The notes beneath the pieces were generated by a model, which was not told the DNA's origin, did no database searches, and worked only from the letters and a program-made list of their open reading frames with translations. The position numbers and the translations under genes were made by a program. Shown piece after piece: positions 1 through 9,380 of a stretch of DNA of 64,000 nucleotides (its first letter is position 1; each line of letters opens with the position of its first letter). The stretch lies in NCBI GenBank assembly GCA_965200315.1, contig OZ241362.1:2912001-2976000 (forward strand), written 5' to 3'. Origin of the DNA: Candidatus Latescibacterota bacterium (lineage in GTDB: Bacteria > Latescibacterota > UBA2968 > UBA8231).

Positions 1-1053
1 GTATTTCCGGTGTCTGGAGTAAATCATACCGAGGCGATAGCGCGTGTACGCAAGGTCGGGATCCACCGTCAGGGTCTTTCTGTACTGCGCCTCCGCTTCC
101 TCGTAGTTGCGCTGTCGCTCATAGGCCATGCCGAGGTTGTGCTGGAACCAACCGTTGTCGGGAGCCAGCTCAATCGCCTTGTGGTGTTCCTGCACGGCGG
201 CAGCAAGTTTGTCCTGGTCTGCCATGGCCGCTCCCAAGAGCACGTGTGACTGTTCGGTGTACACAAGCCCCAGCTTGTCGTGAACATCTGCACGACGAGG
301 GTCGAGCCGCAGGGTTGCGGCCAATGCGTCGGCCGCTTCGCTCAGTCTGCCGATGGCCATGTACGCTTTCCCTAGGACATAGTGGACCGACGGTTCATTC
401 TCGACCAGCTTTGCAGCCTGCTGCAGTTCTTCTATCGCTTTCGCGTATTGCTGTTTCTGAAGATAGATGGCTCCAAGGCGATAGCGAGAGGGGCCGTGGT
501 CGGAGTTTAGCCGGAGCACAATCTTGAAGTGCTCCGCCGCCATCGGTTTTCCCTCCTGCGAGTAGATCATGCCGAGCCCGTGATGAGCGGGGAAGTACGT
601 CGGATCGGATGCGATCACTCTTTCGTAGGCATCCTTTGCTTTTTCGTGATCTTGGCGGAGCAGGAAGATCTTTCCCAGCTTGTAGAGAGACGGCGCATAG
701 TCGGGGTCGATCTCCAGTACTCTCTCGAATTCTGCCTCTGCCTCTTGGAATCTTTTCTGCAGAGCGTAGATGAAACCGAGGCCGTCGCGCGGGCGCACGT
801 CAGTCGAATCGATCTCGATCGCTTTCCTGTATTCCCGCTCGGCGCTCTGGAAGTTACCCCTCTGCACATGGCGCAGCCCGAGTCTGTAGTGGTGTTCACT
901 CTTGTCGAACTCCTCGCTGAGAAGCTTCTGGGGGCATACTAGGAAGCAGACGGCGAATGCCGCGCAGCCAACGAGCAGTCCAGCCCCAGTATTGGGGCCG
1001 CCACCGCGCGCGGTCCGTCGCCAGCATTGGCGACGCAAATCAGTGCTGGTCAT
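1..1053 (-). CDS. TPR-repeat protein, runs off the left edge
   Basis: Absent from the ORF track (no stop in window). ATG at 1053-1051; hand-translated segments give successive TPR helices (HYRLGLRHVQRGNFQSAEREYRKAIEID; DGLGFIYALQKRFQEAEAEFERVLEIDP; PDLAYTRYRLGMIY at the window edge) after a hydrophobic N-terminal stretch. Confidence 0.85.
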   Translation of the reverse strand, partial: MTSTDLRRQCWRRTARGGGPNTGAGLLVGCAAFAVCFLVCPQKLLSEEFDKSEHHYRLGLRHVQRGNFQSAEREYRKAIEIDSTDVRPRDGLGFIYALQKRFQEAEAEFERVLEIDPDYAPSLYKLGKIFLLRQDHEKAKDAYERVIASDPTYFPAHHGLGMIYSQEGKPMAAEHFKIVLRLNSDHGPSRYRLGAIYLQKQQYAKAIEELQQAAKLVENEPSVHYVLGKAYMAIGRLSEAADALAATLRLDPRRADVHDKLGLVYTEQSHVLLGAAMADQDKLAAAVQEHHKAIELAPDNGWFQHNLGMAYERQRNYEEAEAQYRKTLTVDPDLAYTRYRLGMIYSRHRKY

Positions 1054-1071
1054 GCTGAAAAAAAACGATTG

Positions 1072-3063
1072 TCAATAGGCCACCGCAACGATGCCGCTAC
1101 TGGTCTCCTTCTCTGACTGCACGTCCACCACCAGCCGGTACAGATACAGCCCCGGCGACACCAGCTCATTCGAGTCGTCCCGGCCATCCCACACGTGGCT
1201 GTACTCACCCACTGGATTCTCCCCCTCATACACCCGCCTCACCAGCCGACCCGACAGATCGTAGATCTCGAGCGACACCGGCACTGCTGAGGTCAACCTC
1301 AGTAGCTTATAAGATATGTTCACCACCTCATTCACCCCATCGCCGTTCGGGGTGAACGGATTCGGCAAGACCCGCGGCGAAAACACCAGCGATTCGCTCA
1401 GAGCCGTTCTCACCGACAAACGATCGCCTTCGATCTCATTGGTAGCATTGCCCGGCACGACCCGCTGCCGCACCTCGTGCGGCCTAGTCGTGTCGAACAC
1501 CCTGCCTGCAAACAGGGTGCCCACTTCTCTCAGTACCGGAGCGGTGAACACCACCTCTACCAGCGCACCGCTGTCCGTCGACTCCAGCCGGCGCGGGAGC
1601 AAAACCTCAAACCCCAGACCGTCTTCGTGGATAGTCCACGAGAAATCCGCCTGATCGATGCCGGCTATGCGCAGCGAATCGACCGACACCACCCCTGAAG
1701 GCGTCGCGATCTCCACCCCGTCAAAACTGCTGTCGATGGACCGGATCGTCGGACTGATGTAATACGTAAATTGCGTCGCATCGCCCACCTCGGTCTCGGT
1801 CGGGTGAATTTCCCCTACCAAGCGGCGAACCGACGGCGGGACCGACGCCTTGAACTCTATGTAGTCGATCTTGCCCCCCTCTTTGACGGTGGTAGAGGCA
1901 AAATCCACTCGGATCTGGACGAACTTCCGCGGACCGGGGGATGCAATAGGGACCCCGGGATGCCCGAACGCATACGGACTCGAATAGAAGCTCCAGTGCT
2001 CCGTGTCGGGACGCCTCCGGTCCTGCTCGTCTTCCGGTTTGAGGAAATCAGCCAGTTTGTCATACTGGTGCTTGTACTCCGTCAGACTCAGATCGCCGCC
2101 CCCTTGGAGAAACCTGACGATGTCCTGCTGCTCGGGGCGGGTCTCCCAGAAAATGACCGGGTGCGGATCGGTTCCTGCCCGGGTGCGGATCGCGACTTGG
2201 GCGTGGGGATCCTGCTGTCCCGACCAGCGGATCTCGCCTAGACTGGCGATGTCGTCCAGTTCGATGACGTCGGATTCATATGAGGCCTTCCTCACGTACC
2301 CCCCCCCGTACAACTCGAAAGCGGCCAGTCCGATCTCCTTGGGTGTTTGCCGAAGGATCCGCAACTGCACAAAGTTGGTCGTCACGGGTCGATCGAGCAT
2401 CACGCTGACTTCGGGTTCAGTATTGCCCTCTACCTCCACAACAGTTGGGAGATTCGGGACGTGTCCAACTATACCGTATCTCTCGTCGCTGACACCAATG
2501 ACGAATTGCTCTAGGAAGTGATCCGACCTGTCCGCCAGAGGCCTCAGTCTCACCTCCCTGATGAGGAATCGTCCGCCTAGATCGAAATGCACTCTCAACG
2601 ATGCACCGGGGTCGTTACAACAGGCGGCGCGAAAGTCGAGGGTCGCTTGATCTATGGCCTTCCATGTGTGCGCCGTACTCGGGTCCTGATCAACCAGCAG
2701 GTTTCCGATCGCTTGGTCGAAGTTGCCCCTACCAGCTTCCCGCTGCACTGCCACCCAGCCGTCTCTGCTCAACAGCGTTGCGGCGATATCCTCGTCTTCT
2801 GCGAAGAAATTGGGCTGCAGTACGCCCACTTGTAGCGAGTCTGGATCGAGGGCGTCCTCTAGCTGCGAGGCCGACCAGTCGAGCTCCCTAAAATCGATGC
2901 CGATCCCCTCTAGGCTATCCCTTTCCACCTCGGAAAAGGGCGCACCGATGCGGTAGACGATCACGCCCGAAGCGTCGCGCACATTGAAAGCGAGGGCAAT
3001 GAAGACAAGCAGGAACATTCCTGTCGTCATCTGGCAGAAAGATTGGGAGGGAACTGATACCAT
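1072..3063 (-). CDS. Secreted protein with discoidin-like segment and C-terminal FlgD Ig-like domain
   Basis: Long ORF. The track start at 3183 is probably too far upstream; ATG 3063 or 3030 precedes a hydrophobic signal. C-terminus PNPFTPNGDGVNE...IYDLSGRLVR...WDGRD...PGLYLYRL is FlgD-Ig-like. Confidence 0.8.
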   Translation of the reverse strand: MVSVPSQSFCQMTTGMFLLVFIALAFNVRDASGVIVYRIGAPFSEVERDSLEGIGIDFRELDWSASQLEDALDPDSLQVGVLQPNFFAEDEDIAATLLSRDGWVAVQREAGRGNFDQAIGNLLVDQDPSTAHTWKAIDQATLDFRAACCNDPGASLRVHFDLGGRFLIREVRLRPLADRSDHFLEQFVIGVSDERYGIVGHVPNLPTVVEVEGNTEPEVSVMLDRPVTTNFVQLRILRQTPKEIGLAAFELYGGGYVRKASYESDVIELDDIASLGEIRWSGQQDPHAQVAIRTRAGTDPHPVIFWETRPEQQDIVRFLQGGGDLSLTEYKHQYDKLADFLKPEDEQDRRRPDTEHWSFYSSPYAFGHPGVPIASPGPRKFVQIRVDFASTTVKEGGKIDYIEFKASVPPSVRRLVGEIHPTETEVGDATQFTYYISPTIRSIDSSFDGVEIATPSGVVSVDSLRIAGIDQADFSWTIHEDGLGFEVLLPRRLESTDSGALVEVVFTAPVLREVGTLFAGRVFDTTRPHEVRQRVVPGNATNEIEGDRLSVRTALSESLVFSPRVLPNPFTPNGDGVNEVVNISYKLLRLTSAVPVSLEIYDLSGRLVRRVYEGENPVGEYSHVWDGRDDSNELVSPGLYLYRLVVDVQSEKETSSGIVAVAY

Positions 3064-3259
3064 TGAGCGGTCCGACGCCAAAATTGGCGTCGCAATGTCA
3101 AGCACCCGTCGGACTGTGAATGTCCAAGCGCGGCTGGCTGAACTAGGCCCTGCAAGGATACAACAAAAACCCCGACCCTTCAAATTAAACTGGTCGGCCC
3201 ACTAGTGCTCTGCAATTGACGGTAACGAGACCTGAGCATGCGGCTGTGATCCAAGCCCT

Positions 3260-4330
3260 TCACTTTACCATTACTTGGTTCACCTTGACGCGCCGGGCCT
3301 TTCCCTTGGGCCCCTCGACGTTCAGCGTAACCACGAACTCGCCCGGTTCCTCGTACTGGTGAATCGGGTGCTGTTCGGTCGACGACCTGCCATCGCCGAA
3401 GTCCCACGACCACGATGTGATCTCTCCACGGGATCGATCCGTGAAAGCGACCATCCGGCGATCCATGTCGATCACCGTAAAGGTGTATTCCGCCTCAAGC
3501 GGCTTGAGATATTCCGCCTCCAGCGGCATCAATCGGAATGCACACAGGTTCGAGGCGTCGCTGTCCATGCGGGTCTCGTGCGAAAGGTTCCAGAACCCCT
3601 CGTATTCCGCGTGGTCCTCGTCGAAATCGAGGACCGCCCAAGACAGAGCGATAAGGCTGCTCTCCTCTAGCTTCGACACAGCTGCCCGCTCCGGGCCATC
3701 GTACGGAGCATAGTCGAAAGGCGTGATCCAGAATTCCAGCACGAGCTTGCCGCTCTCCCCTTCCTCGAAATCGTACGAGTACGCGTGATTGGCGTACGGC
3801 AACCTGCCGATCCACGGCTGACACCCCCAGACGAACACCCAATCCCGTCCTTCCCCGGCAGGTGTGAAGATATGGTAGTTCTGGGCATGCACTCCCTTGA
3901 ACAGGAAGTGGCTTTCCCACTCGTCGTCGATCTGGGGGTTGGCAATGTTCGGCCCGCCGGACCGGTCCGCGTCGATGGCGATTTCAAACAAGTCTCCGTA
4001 TTTGTAGTACATATTCCAGTAGTCGTCGTACGCCTCGTAGAGGAAATAGAGCCGGTTCAGGCCCTTGACCCAACCGACGCGCACGGTGACGTCCAAGTCT
4101 TCGCGGTCGTGATTGGTGAAGTTCCCCATGACCGTGTCGGAAAGCTGGTCGGTTCCGTATGCGTAGCTGTCGGGGACCATCGTCCAGTCGTCGGTCTGGC
4201 CGTCGATGCGGGGAATCATGTTGGCGGGAAACTGGAAGATCTTGAATTCCGTGTCGGTTCGCTGTAGGGCCTGAGACGGTGAGATACCCAACAGTACGGC
4301 CGCTGCGATTCCACATGCCTGCTTGATCAA
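3260..4330 (-). CDS. Secreted protein with CBM9/DOMON-like N-terminal region and C-terminal PKD domain
   Basis: Signal peptide; P-x-IDG-x-x-DDW motif; C-terminal WSWDFGDG...PIHQYEEPGEFVVTL is the PKD signature. Confidence 0.8.
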   Translation of the reverse strand: MIKQACGIAAAVLLGISPSQALQRTDTEFKIFQFPANMIPRIDGQTDDWTMVPDSYAYGTDQLSDTVMGNFTNHDREDLDVTVRVGWVKGLNRLYFLYEAYDDYWNMYYKYGDLFEIAIDADRSGGPNIANPQIDDEWESHFLFKGVHAQNYHIFTPAGEGRDWVFVWGCQPWIGRLPYANHAYSYDFEEGESGKLVLEFWITPFDYAPYDGPERAAVSKLEESSLIALSWAVLDFDEDHAEYEGFWNLSHETRMDSDASNLCAFRLMPLEAEYLKPLEAEYTFTVIDMDRRMVAFTDRSRGEITSWSWDFGDGRSSTEQHPIHQYEEPGEFVVTLNVEGPKGKARRVKVNQVMVK

Positions 4331-4363
4331 GTGTTCCCCCTTTCTAGGGCGATAGACGGAGCG

Positions 4364-4700
4364 CTATTGATCCTTGAAGATCCCGATGCGGTGATTGGCC
4401 GTTGACAGGAACCACTCCTCTCCCTCGTGGTACACCGGTAGATTGCTCGCTAGCTGATCGGGCATGTGGCATTGGGTACAGCGGTCGCCCGGCGCTAGCT
4501 TCCCGACCCCAGCATTGGAGGCGCATTCGGGCTCTCCAGCGTGGGATTGCTCGTAGACAGGCCAAGCACTTCCGCGAAAACATCGCGGTCTTGTCCGTCT
4601 CGCCTTCATGCACATTGTGGCAGGTGGAGCACGTCATGCTGCCCGACTCTTCAAAACAGCGACTTTCCTAAAGGAACGGAACCTGCCCCCCGTGGACCGA
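4364..4700 (-). pseudogene. Remnant of a multiheme c-type cytochrome
   Basis: HGGQVPFL*ESRCFEESGSMTCSTCH with an in-frame TAG at 4670-4668; CLAC followed by 'ctac' (an extra base at about 4555 destroys His and shifts frame); then CTQCHMP...NHRIGIF. Confidence 0.75.
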
Positions 4701-4765
4701 CAGCTTCTTCTGCTCCGCCTTCGCGTATATGCGATCTCCCGATTACTGCCGAGCGACCGATGTCA

Positions 4766-5067
4766 CTATTTCAGCGGCAGTAGTTTGCGCACGTCGACCT
4801 GCTTCCCAGCCTGCAGTCTGTAGATATACACGCCATTGGCCAGTTCACGTCCTTGTTTGTCCCGGCCGTCCCAAGTCCCGGCATCCAAGACCGTGCATAG
4901 CAACCTCCGGGCTTTCTGGCCGGCGAGATTGTAGATCGCCAGTTCGACATCGCCCCGCGTGGGAACCGAAAATTCGATCGTGGTGTTGGGGTTAAAGGGA
5001 TTGGGATGGTTCTGGTCCAGCCGGAACTCGTGAGGCACAGTGCGGCGGCGTCAGCGGCGTCAACTGA
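4766..5067 (-). pseudogene. Orphan FlgD-Ig/secretion-type C-terminal domain fragment
   Basis: PHEFRLDQNHPNPFNPNTTIEFSVP...IYNLAGQ...WDGRD...GVYIYRL with no upstream domain; the linker-like SVDAADAAAL is out of frame by 2 nt. Confidence 0.65.
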
Positions 5068-7713
5068 TCAGTGTTCAACCAGCGCCGTCAACGCGGCCAA
5101 CACCTGAATTCGCGCCTCGTCCGCCAACGTGCGATCCACTTTCTCGTTCAGCCAGTGAAAGCCGCCCAAGGGCTGGTTGGAGTCGATCCCGCCTCCGTGG
5201 CCCGCCGCGTCACAGACACTCGCCGGCAGGCTCTCCAGCAACCGACGCGCCGCCGCCACCTCCGGCCCCGTCCTCCCCTGCACAGACGCGTTCTCGATCG
5301 CCCGGTCCAACATGGCGAAGTACTCGTAGTCCTGCACCCCTTCCCGAGCCGCCTCGAGGTGTTTCCCGGCCGTCACCGAGTCCTCGTCAATGAACAGTGG
5401 CGAGTACGCATCCTTGTAGGTGAGATACTCGTTCCACGATGACGCGCCACCCGTGTCGGTCAGCGACCACATGTAGATGGCCGTCGCTCCATAACGCCAG
5501 CTCGTCCACGCCATGAGGCGGCCGGCGTACGGATCGAAGACCCGGCCCGTCCACGCCGCGTAGAATTCCAACCCGATCCCCTGATCCCGCTTCTTCAGGT
5601 AGTAGTCGCGATAGTCTTGGCCCTGTCTCAGGAAGGTCGCGTAGTTCGGGCACAGGACGTGGCACGCATCGATCATCTCCTGATTCGCCCGGTCCATGTC
5701 TCGGTGGTTCGTATCCTCCCAGATGCGGACGCCCGTGCCTGCTTCGCGGATCGCCTTCGCCCACGCCAAGATGCGCTCGTCCATCCACGGCTCGTCAGGC
5801 TCATCCACCAGCAGCAGCGCAAACTGTTCCGGCTGCAATCCCCTCGCCACTATATGCTCCGCCCAGAACGTGATCCACGCCTTCACCGCGGTCGTGAATT
5901 CTGGCGTACCCATGGGCCAAGACTCGAAATGGTCGCCCACTTTCGCGAACACGAGGTACTGGGCTGCATCCGGCCACAATTCGATCCACGCATCGAAGTA
6001 GTCGGTGGCGGGCGGCACCGTCATCGCCCCCTGCGCATCGTGCGTACCCCGCGGCAGCGCCAGCTTGAGGGCCCACGGCGAGTCGACGAGGTGTTCCCTC
6101 AGGTGCTCGATGATCGCCGGCCGGTTCTGCTCCGTCAGAAAGCGGAAGTGACCGACGCGGTCCGTGTAGTCCCATCCTCCCAAGTGCAGCGACTGCTCTT
6201 TCGGGAAGTCGAGGGGATACAGGTGCATGCGCAACGGAAACCGCTTGCCCCCCTGCACGGATTCCACGACTACCTCGCCTTCGTGCGTACCCGGTGCCAC
6301 GTCCACCGGATGGAAGGTCAGCCACACCTGCCGCGTCATGCCCGAGGGCACAGAGACCGAATACTGACTGTCCTCACCCGCAGCAACCTCCGGTAGGGCC
6401 GCCGCCACCGGCACTCCCCTCCGGGTGTCGGTCCAAGCCACCTCGTGAACGGTCACATATCCCGGGTTGTCGCCCCCGGGAAGCCCGCTTAGGCGGAAGG
6501 TCACCTCCGTCAGCTCATCACTGCTGTTGCTCACATTGAACGCCGCCGCACGGTATTCCCTGCGCATCAGATGCACCTCGAGGGCCAATTCCGCGGCCGT
6601 GTCCGGCGTACCAATGAGCGGCAGCGGATCCCACAGATTCGAGCACCAGAACGTAAGTGGCCCCAGCCCCTGGGCGCGCCAGAGCCACGCCTGCGTACGC
6701 AATACTCGTTCGTGCCACGGATTCAGCGGCAGCACGGCTTGGAAGTCATCCCCGAACGCGGTGGCCAGCCCTAACCCCCCTTCCACAGACGCCAACTCGC
6801 CCAGCACATCGCGCTGCGTCTCGACCGGGACACCCTCTTCTGCCGCCGCTTCTTTCAGGGCCTGAATGTCCCGCACAAGGCGCGTCCGAATCCCCTTCTG
6901 GATGGCGATCCGGCCCGCATACTCCTTCACGTCTGCAATGGCCGGCCCCGGCAGCGGCTCATCTACCCACTCCGGCTCTCCTGCGTAGACCTCAATCTCG
7001 TCCACGAACGTATACGGCTCGTTCCACACAACCAGACTGACATATCGCCCGTGTGTCCGCAACCGGTCCGTCCAGTAGCGATAGGTACCATATTTAGCGG
7101 CGCGTTCTTCGTCGAGATCTCGGAGGATCTGCTGACGCACTTCGGCGGTGAGCTCCGGTGGGTAGCGATCGCGGTGGAGGTCGTAATGATGATGTATCTC
7201 GGCTTCATTGAAACTCGCGCCGTCTTGGGCCCACATGGCATCACTCGCCTTCGTCGGTACGAGCGGACCGTGTTGTTCTGCGCTCAACTGCACTAGGTCT
7301 CCGATTTCATGGAATTCCCCGTCTTCACCCGCCACGAGGATGCGGATCGTCAGCGGCCACCTCACGTCCGCAAAACCTGCCGCCGTGTGGAACGACATCC
7401 CTCGTATCGGTTTCACCGCACCGAGATCCAGCGTCAGGACAGAGGGCGTCTTTTCCTGCCAGCCCACGGTCGACAACTGCGCCCAGAAATAGCCCTTCGT
7501 GTAAACCCCATCCGTTAGTTGCTCGGCGTCACCGGGGTCTGTGCAGAGCCCGTAGTTTGGCCCCGGCTCCAGCGTGTAGGTCGCCCCCAGCGCGATGTTC
7601 TCGCTCGGACGGTCCGTCGGAATTGTCTTGGGTGCATTTGGCACCGCCGCCGTGCCTTTGGCCCACGCCAGTGCCACTATCCACAACGCCGCGGCTGTCA
7701 AAGTCCATTTCAT
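5068..7713 (-). CDS. Large secreted protein, probable glycoside-hydrolase-like (GH123/DUF4091-type C-terminus) with discoidin-like N-terminal domain
   Basis: 881 aa; signal peptide; LTDG...LTLDLG N-terminal motif; DEP dyad (LLVDEPDE) and C-terminal EAAREGVQDYEY motif. Family call is from motif recall. Confidence 0.6.
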   Translation of the reverse strand: MKWTLTAAALWIVALAWAKGTAAVPNAPKTIPTDRPSENIALGATYTLEPGPNYGLCTDPGDAEQLTDGVYTKGYFWAQLSTVGWQEKTPSVLTLDLGAVKPIRGMSFHTAAGFADVRWPLTIRILVAGEDGEFHEIGDLVQLSAEQHGPLVPTKASDAMWAQDGASFNEAEIHHHYDLHRDRYPPELTAEVRQQILRDLDEERAAKYGTYRYWTDRLRTHGRYVSLVVWNEPYTFVDEIEVYAGEPEWVDEPLPGPAIADVKEYAGRIAIQKGIRTRLVRDIQALKEAAAEEGVPVETQRDVLGELASVEGGLGLATAFGDDFQAVLPLNPWHERVLRTQAWLWRAQGLGPLTFWCSNLWDPLPLIGTPDTAAELALEVHLMRREYRAAAFNVSNSSDELTEVTFRLSGLPGGDNPGYVTVHEVAWTDTRRGVPVAAALPEVAAGEDSQYSVSVPSGMTRQVWLTFHPVDVAPGTHEGEVVVESVQGGKRFPLRMHLYPLDFPKEQSLHLGGWDYTDRVGHFRFLTEQNRPAIIEHLREHLVDSPWALKLALPRGTHDAQGAMTVPPATDYFDAWIELWPDAAQYLVFAKVGDHFESWPMGTPEFTTAVKAWITFWAEHIVARGLQPEQFALLLVDEPDEPWMDERILAWAKAIREAGTGVRIWEDTNHRDMDRANQEMIDACHVLCPNYATFLRQGQDYRDYYLKKRDQGIGLEFYAAWTGRVFDPYAGRLMAWTSWRYGATAIYMWSLTDTGGASSWNEYLTYKDAYSPLFIDEDSVTAGKHLEAAREGVQDYEYFAMLDRAIENASVQGRTGPEVAAARRLLESLPASVCDAAGHGGGIDSNQPLGGFHWLNEKVDRTLADEARIQVLAALTALVEH

Positions 7714-7754
7714 CGCCTGTCTCTCGCTATCTTTACACTTTGCTATTTAAAATC

Positions 7755-7853
7755 TGGCGGGAACGTGTGGGAATCGAACCCACCCAGCGCAACTCTCGCT
7801 ACGCCGCAACGGATTTGAAGTCCGCGGCAGCCACCAGGCACGCATCCGCTCCC
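7755..7853 (-). tRNA. selC: tRNA-Sec (UCA)
   Basis: GGGAGCGG...GCGGA-CT-TCA-AA-TCCGT, long variable arm, GTGGG-TTCGATT-CCCAC T-arm, G73-CCA; 99 nt. Confidence 0.95.
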
Positions 7854-7922
7854 GCAAAGTTTTCGTTTAGGTACGCAAAAATGTAGAATGACAACCCAAT
7901 AGCACTAACGAGACCTACGGTG

Positions 7923-8852
7923 CTACTTTGTCCGCGCTGCCTCGGCCCGCGCCTTGCGTTCGGCCCGCTCGGCCGCCTTGCGCTCGGCCACCTCGGCTTC
8001 TGTCGGCAAGTACCGTGCGGGCATTTCTGGATACTCAAGCGGCAGTTCCCAGCGCAGGGTTCGCAATGGGACGTCGCCCAGATTCTCGATCTGCAACTCG
8101 AGATATTCGTCGTCGAACCCGACAATAGGCGTCTTGACGTCGCTTTTGCGATTGGGGAAGAAGACTCGATAGTAGGTCTTGCCGTCGAGTAACTCTCCTT
8201 CGGGACGGTCGCTCTCGTATGGATAGGAATTAAACGTCCCGCTGGGCTGGAAGCGCACACCTTGCTGATTGACCAAGAACGTGCGCCCACCGATATCGGC
8301 AATATATGGCTTGAGCTGTGACTCTCCGCTCGACAGATAAACGGTAAAGACCAAGCGGCTGTAGAGCATCAAGCCCCAACGGTCGTCATACCGGTCGCGC
8401 AGAATGGGAAACTTGGGGTCGTAGATGGCATCAACGACTTGGCGGATGTATTGAGCCCTCCAGATATCGAAGGCGCGTTTTTGCAGGGGATTGCGCGCAT
8501 CAAAGGACGGATTTACGTAGATGAGATACTGAAAGTAGAGGCTATTGATGTCCGTGCCGTCTTCGGCCGGGTAGGTGCCATCGACATAGGAGTAGAGTAG
8601 CTGCTTGATGCGAAATTCGAGCTGCTCCTGCCCCAAGTCCTCGCGCTCTGCACGCGCATAGGCGCGGGAGATCTCATAGGCGAAGGTGTGCAAGGTCGCC
8701 TGCACCAAGACTCCGTCGGCACCCCGATGGCTTCTGTTTACGGTGCGCCATACTTCCTGTCCGACGCGCGCAAAGGGGCCTTGCGAACGTTCCGGGCCGC
8801 AGCCGGCGGCCGCCGCGCACATCCAGCAAAGGAACAAGACCCTGCTTGGCAT
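7923..8852 (-). CDS. Hypothetical lipoprotein
   Basis: 309 aa, GGAGG RBS, lipobox-like AAGC; no recognised domain. Confidence 0.75.
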   Translation of the reverse strand: MPSRVLFLCWMCAAAAGCGPERSQGPFARVGQEVWRTVNRSHRGADGVLVQATLHTFAYEISRAYARAEREDLGQEQLEFRIKQLLYSYVDGTYPAEDGTDINSLYFQYLIYVNPSFDARNPLQKRAFDIWRAQYIRQVVDAIYDPKFPILRDRYDDRWGLMLYSRLVFTVYLSSGESQLKPYIADIGGRTFLVNQQGVRFQPSGTFNSYPYESDRPEGELLDGKTYYRVFFPNRKSDVKTPIVGFDDEYLELQIENLGDVPLRTLRWELPLEYPEMPARYLPTEAEVAERKAAERAERKARAEAARTK

Positions 8853-8892
8853 GAACTACCTCCGTTGAGGAGGGGAGTGCCGTAGCCTCGCG

Positions 8893-9336
8893 CTATTCCT
8901 TGACGACCCAGAGCTTGACCGCTGTTGCTACTTCCGGGTGGAGGCGCACTTCGACATTGTAAACACCCAATTCGCGGATGGGGTCTTCGAGATGGATGGC
9001 GCGGCGGTCTATCTCGTAGCCCTTTTCATCGAGCAATTCGGCGATATGCTGGGCGGTTACCGAACCGAAGAGGCGATCCTCCTCGCCGACCTTGACCTGC
9101 GCGGTGAGCGACTCCGCTTCCAGCTTTTTGGCGAGGACCTCGGCGGCGCGGCGGTCGCGCTCGGCCAAGGTCTCTTGCTGTTTGCGCCTAGACTCAAACT
9201 GAGCCATGTTGGCGGTGCTGGCGATCAAGGCCTCGTTGCGAGGGATCAGGAAGTTGCGACCATACCCGTTCTTTACCTCCACGACCTCGCCAGCCGCACC
9301 CAAGGATTCAATGTCCTTTAATAGAATTACTTTCAC
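8893..9336 (-). CDS. rplI: 50S ribosomal protein L9
   Basis: MKVILLKDIESLGAAGEVVEVKNGYGRNFLIP; RLFGSVT. Confidence 0.98.
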   Translation of the reverse strand: MKVILLKDIESLGAAGEVVEVKNGYGRNFLIPRNEALIASTANMAQFESRRKQQETLAERDRRAAEVLAKKLEAESLTAQVKVGEEDRLFGSVTAQHIAELLDEKGYEIDRRAIHLEDPIRELGVYNVEVRLHPEVATAVKLWVVKE

Positions 9337-9380
9337 GACTTGTCCTCCACTTCATAGAAAACCGCGATGTTGTTTGGGCC

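Noticed and set aside
10-942. Plus-strand ORFs in the first kilobase
   Set aside because: Antisense shadows of the minus-strand TPR gene.
5068-5070. Selenocysteine readthrough of the TGA near selC
   Set aside because: Joining to the downstream domain also needs a frameshift; no redox motif context and no clear SECIS hairpin.
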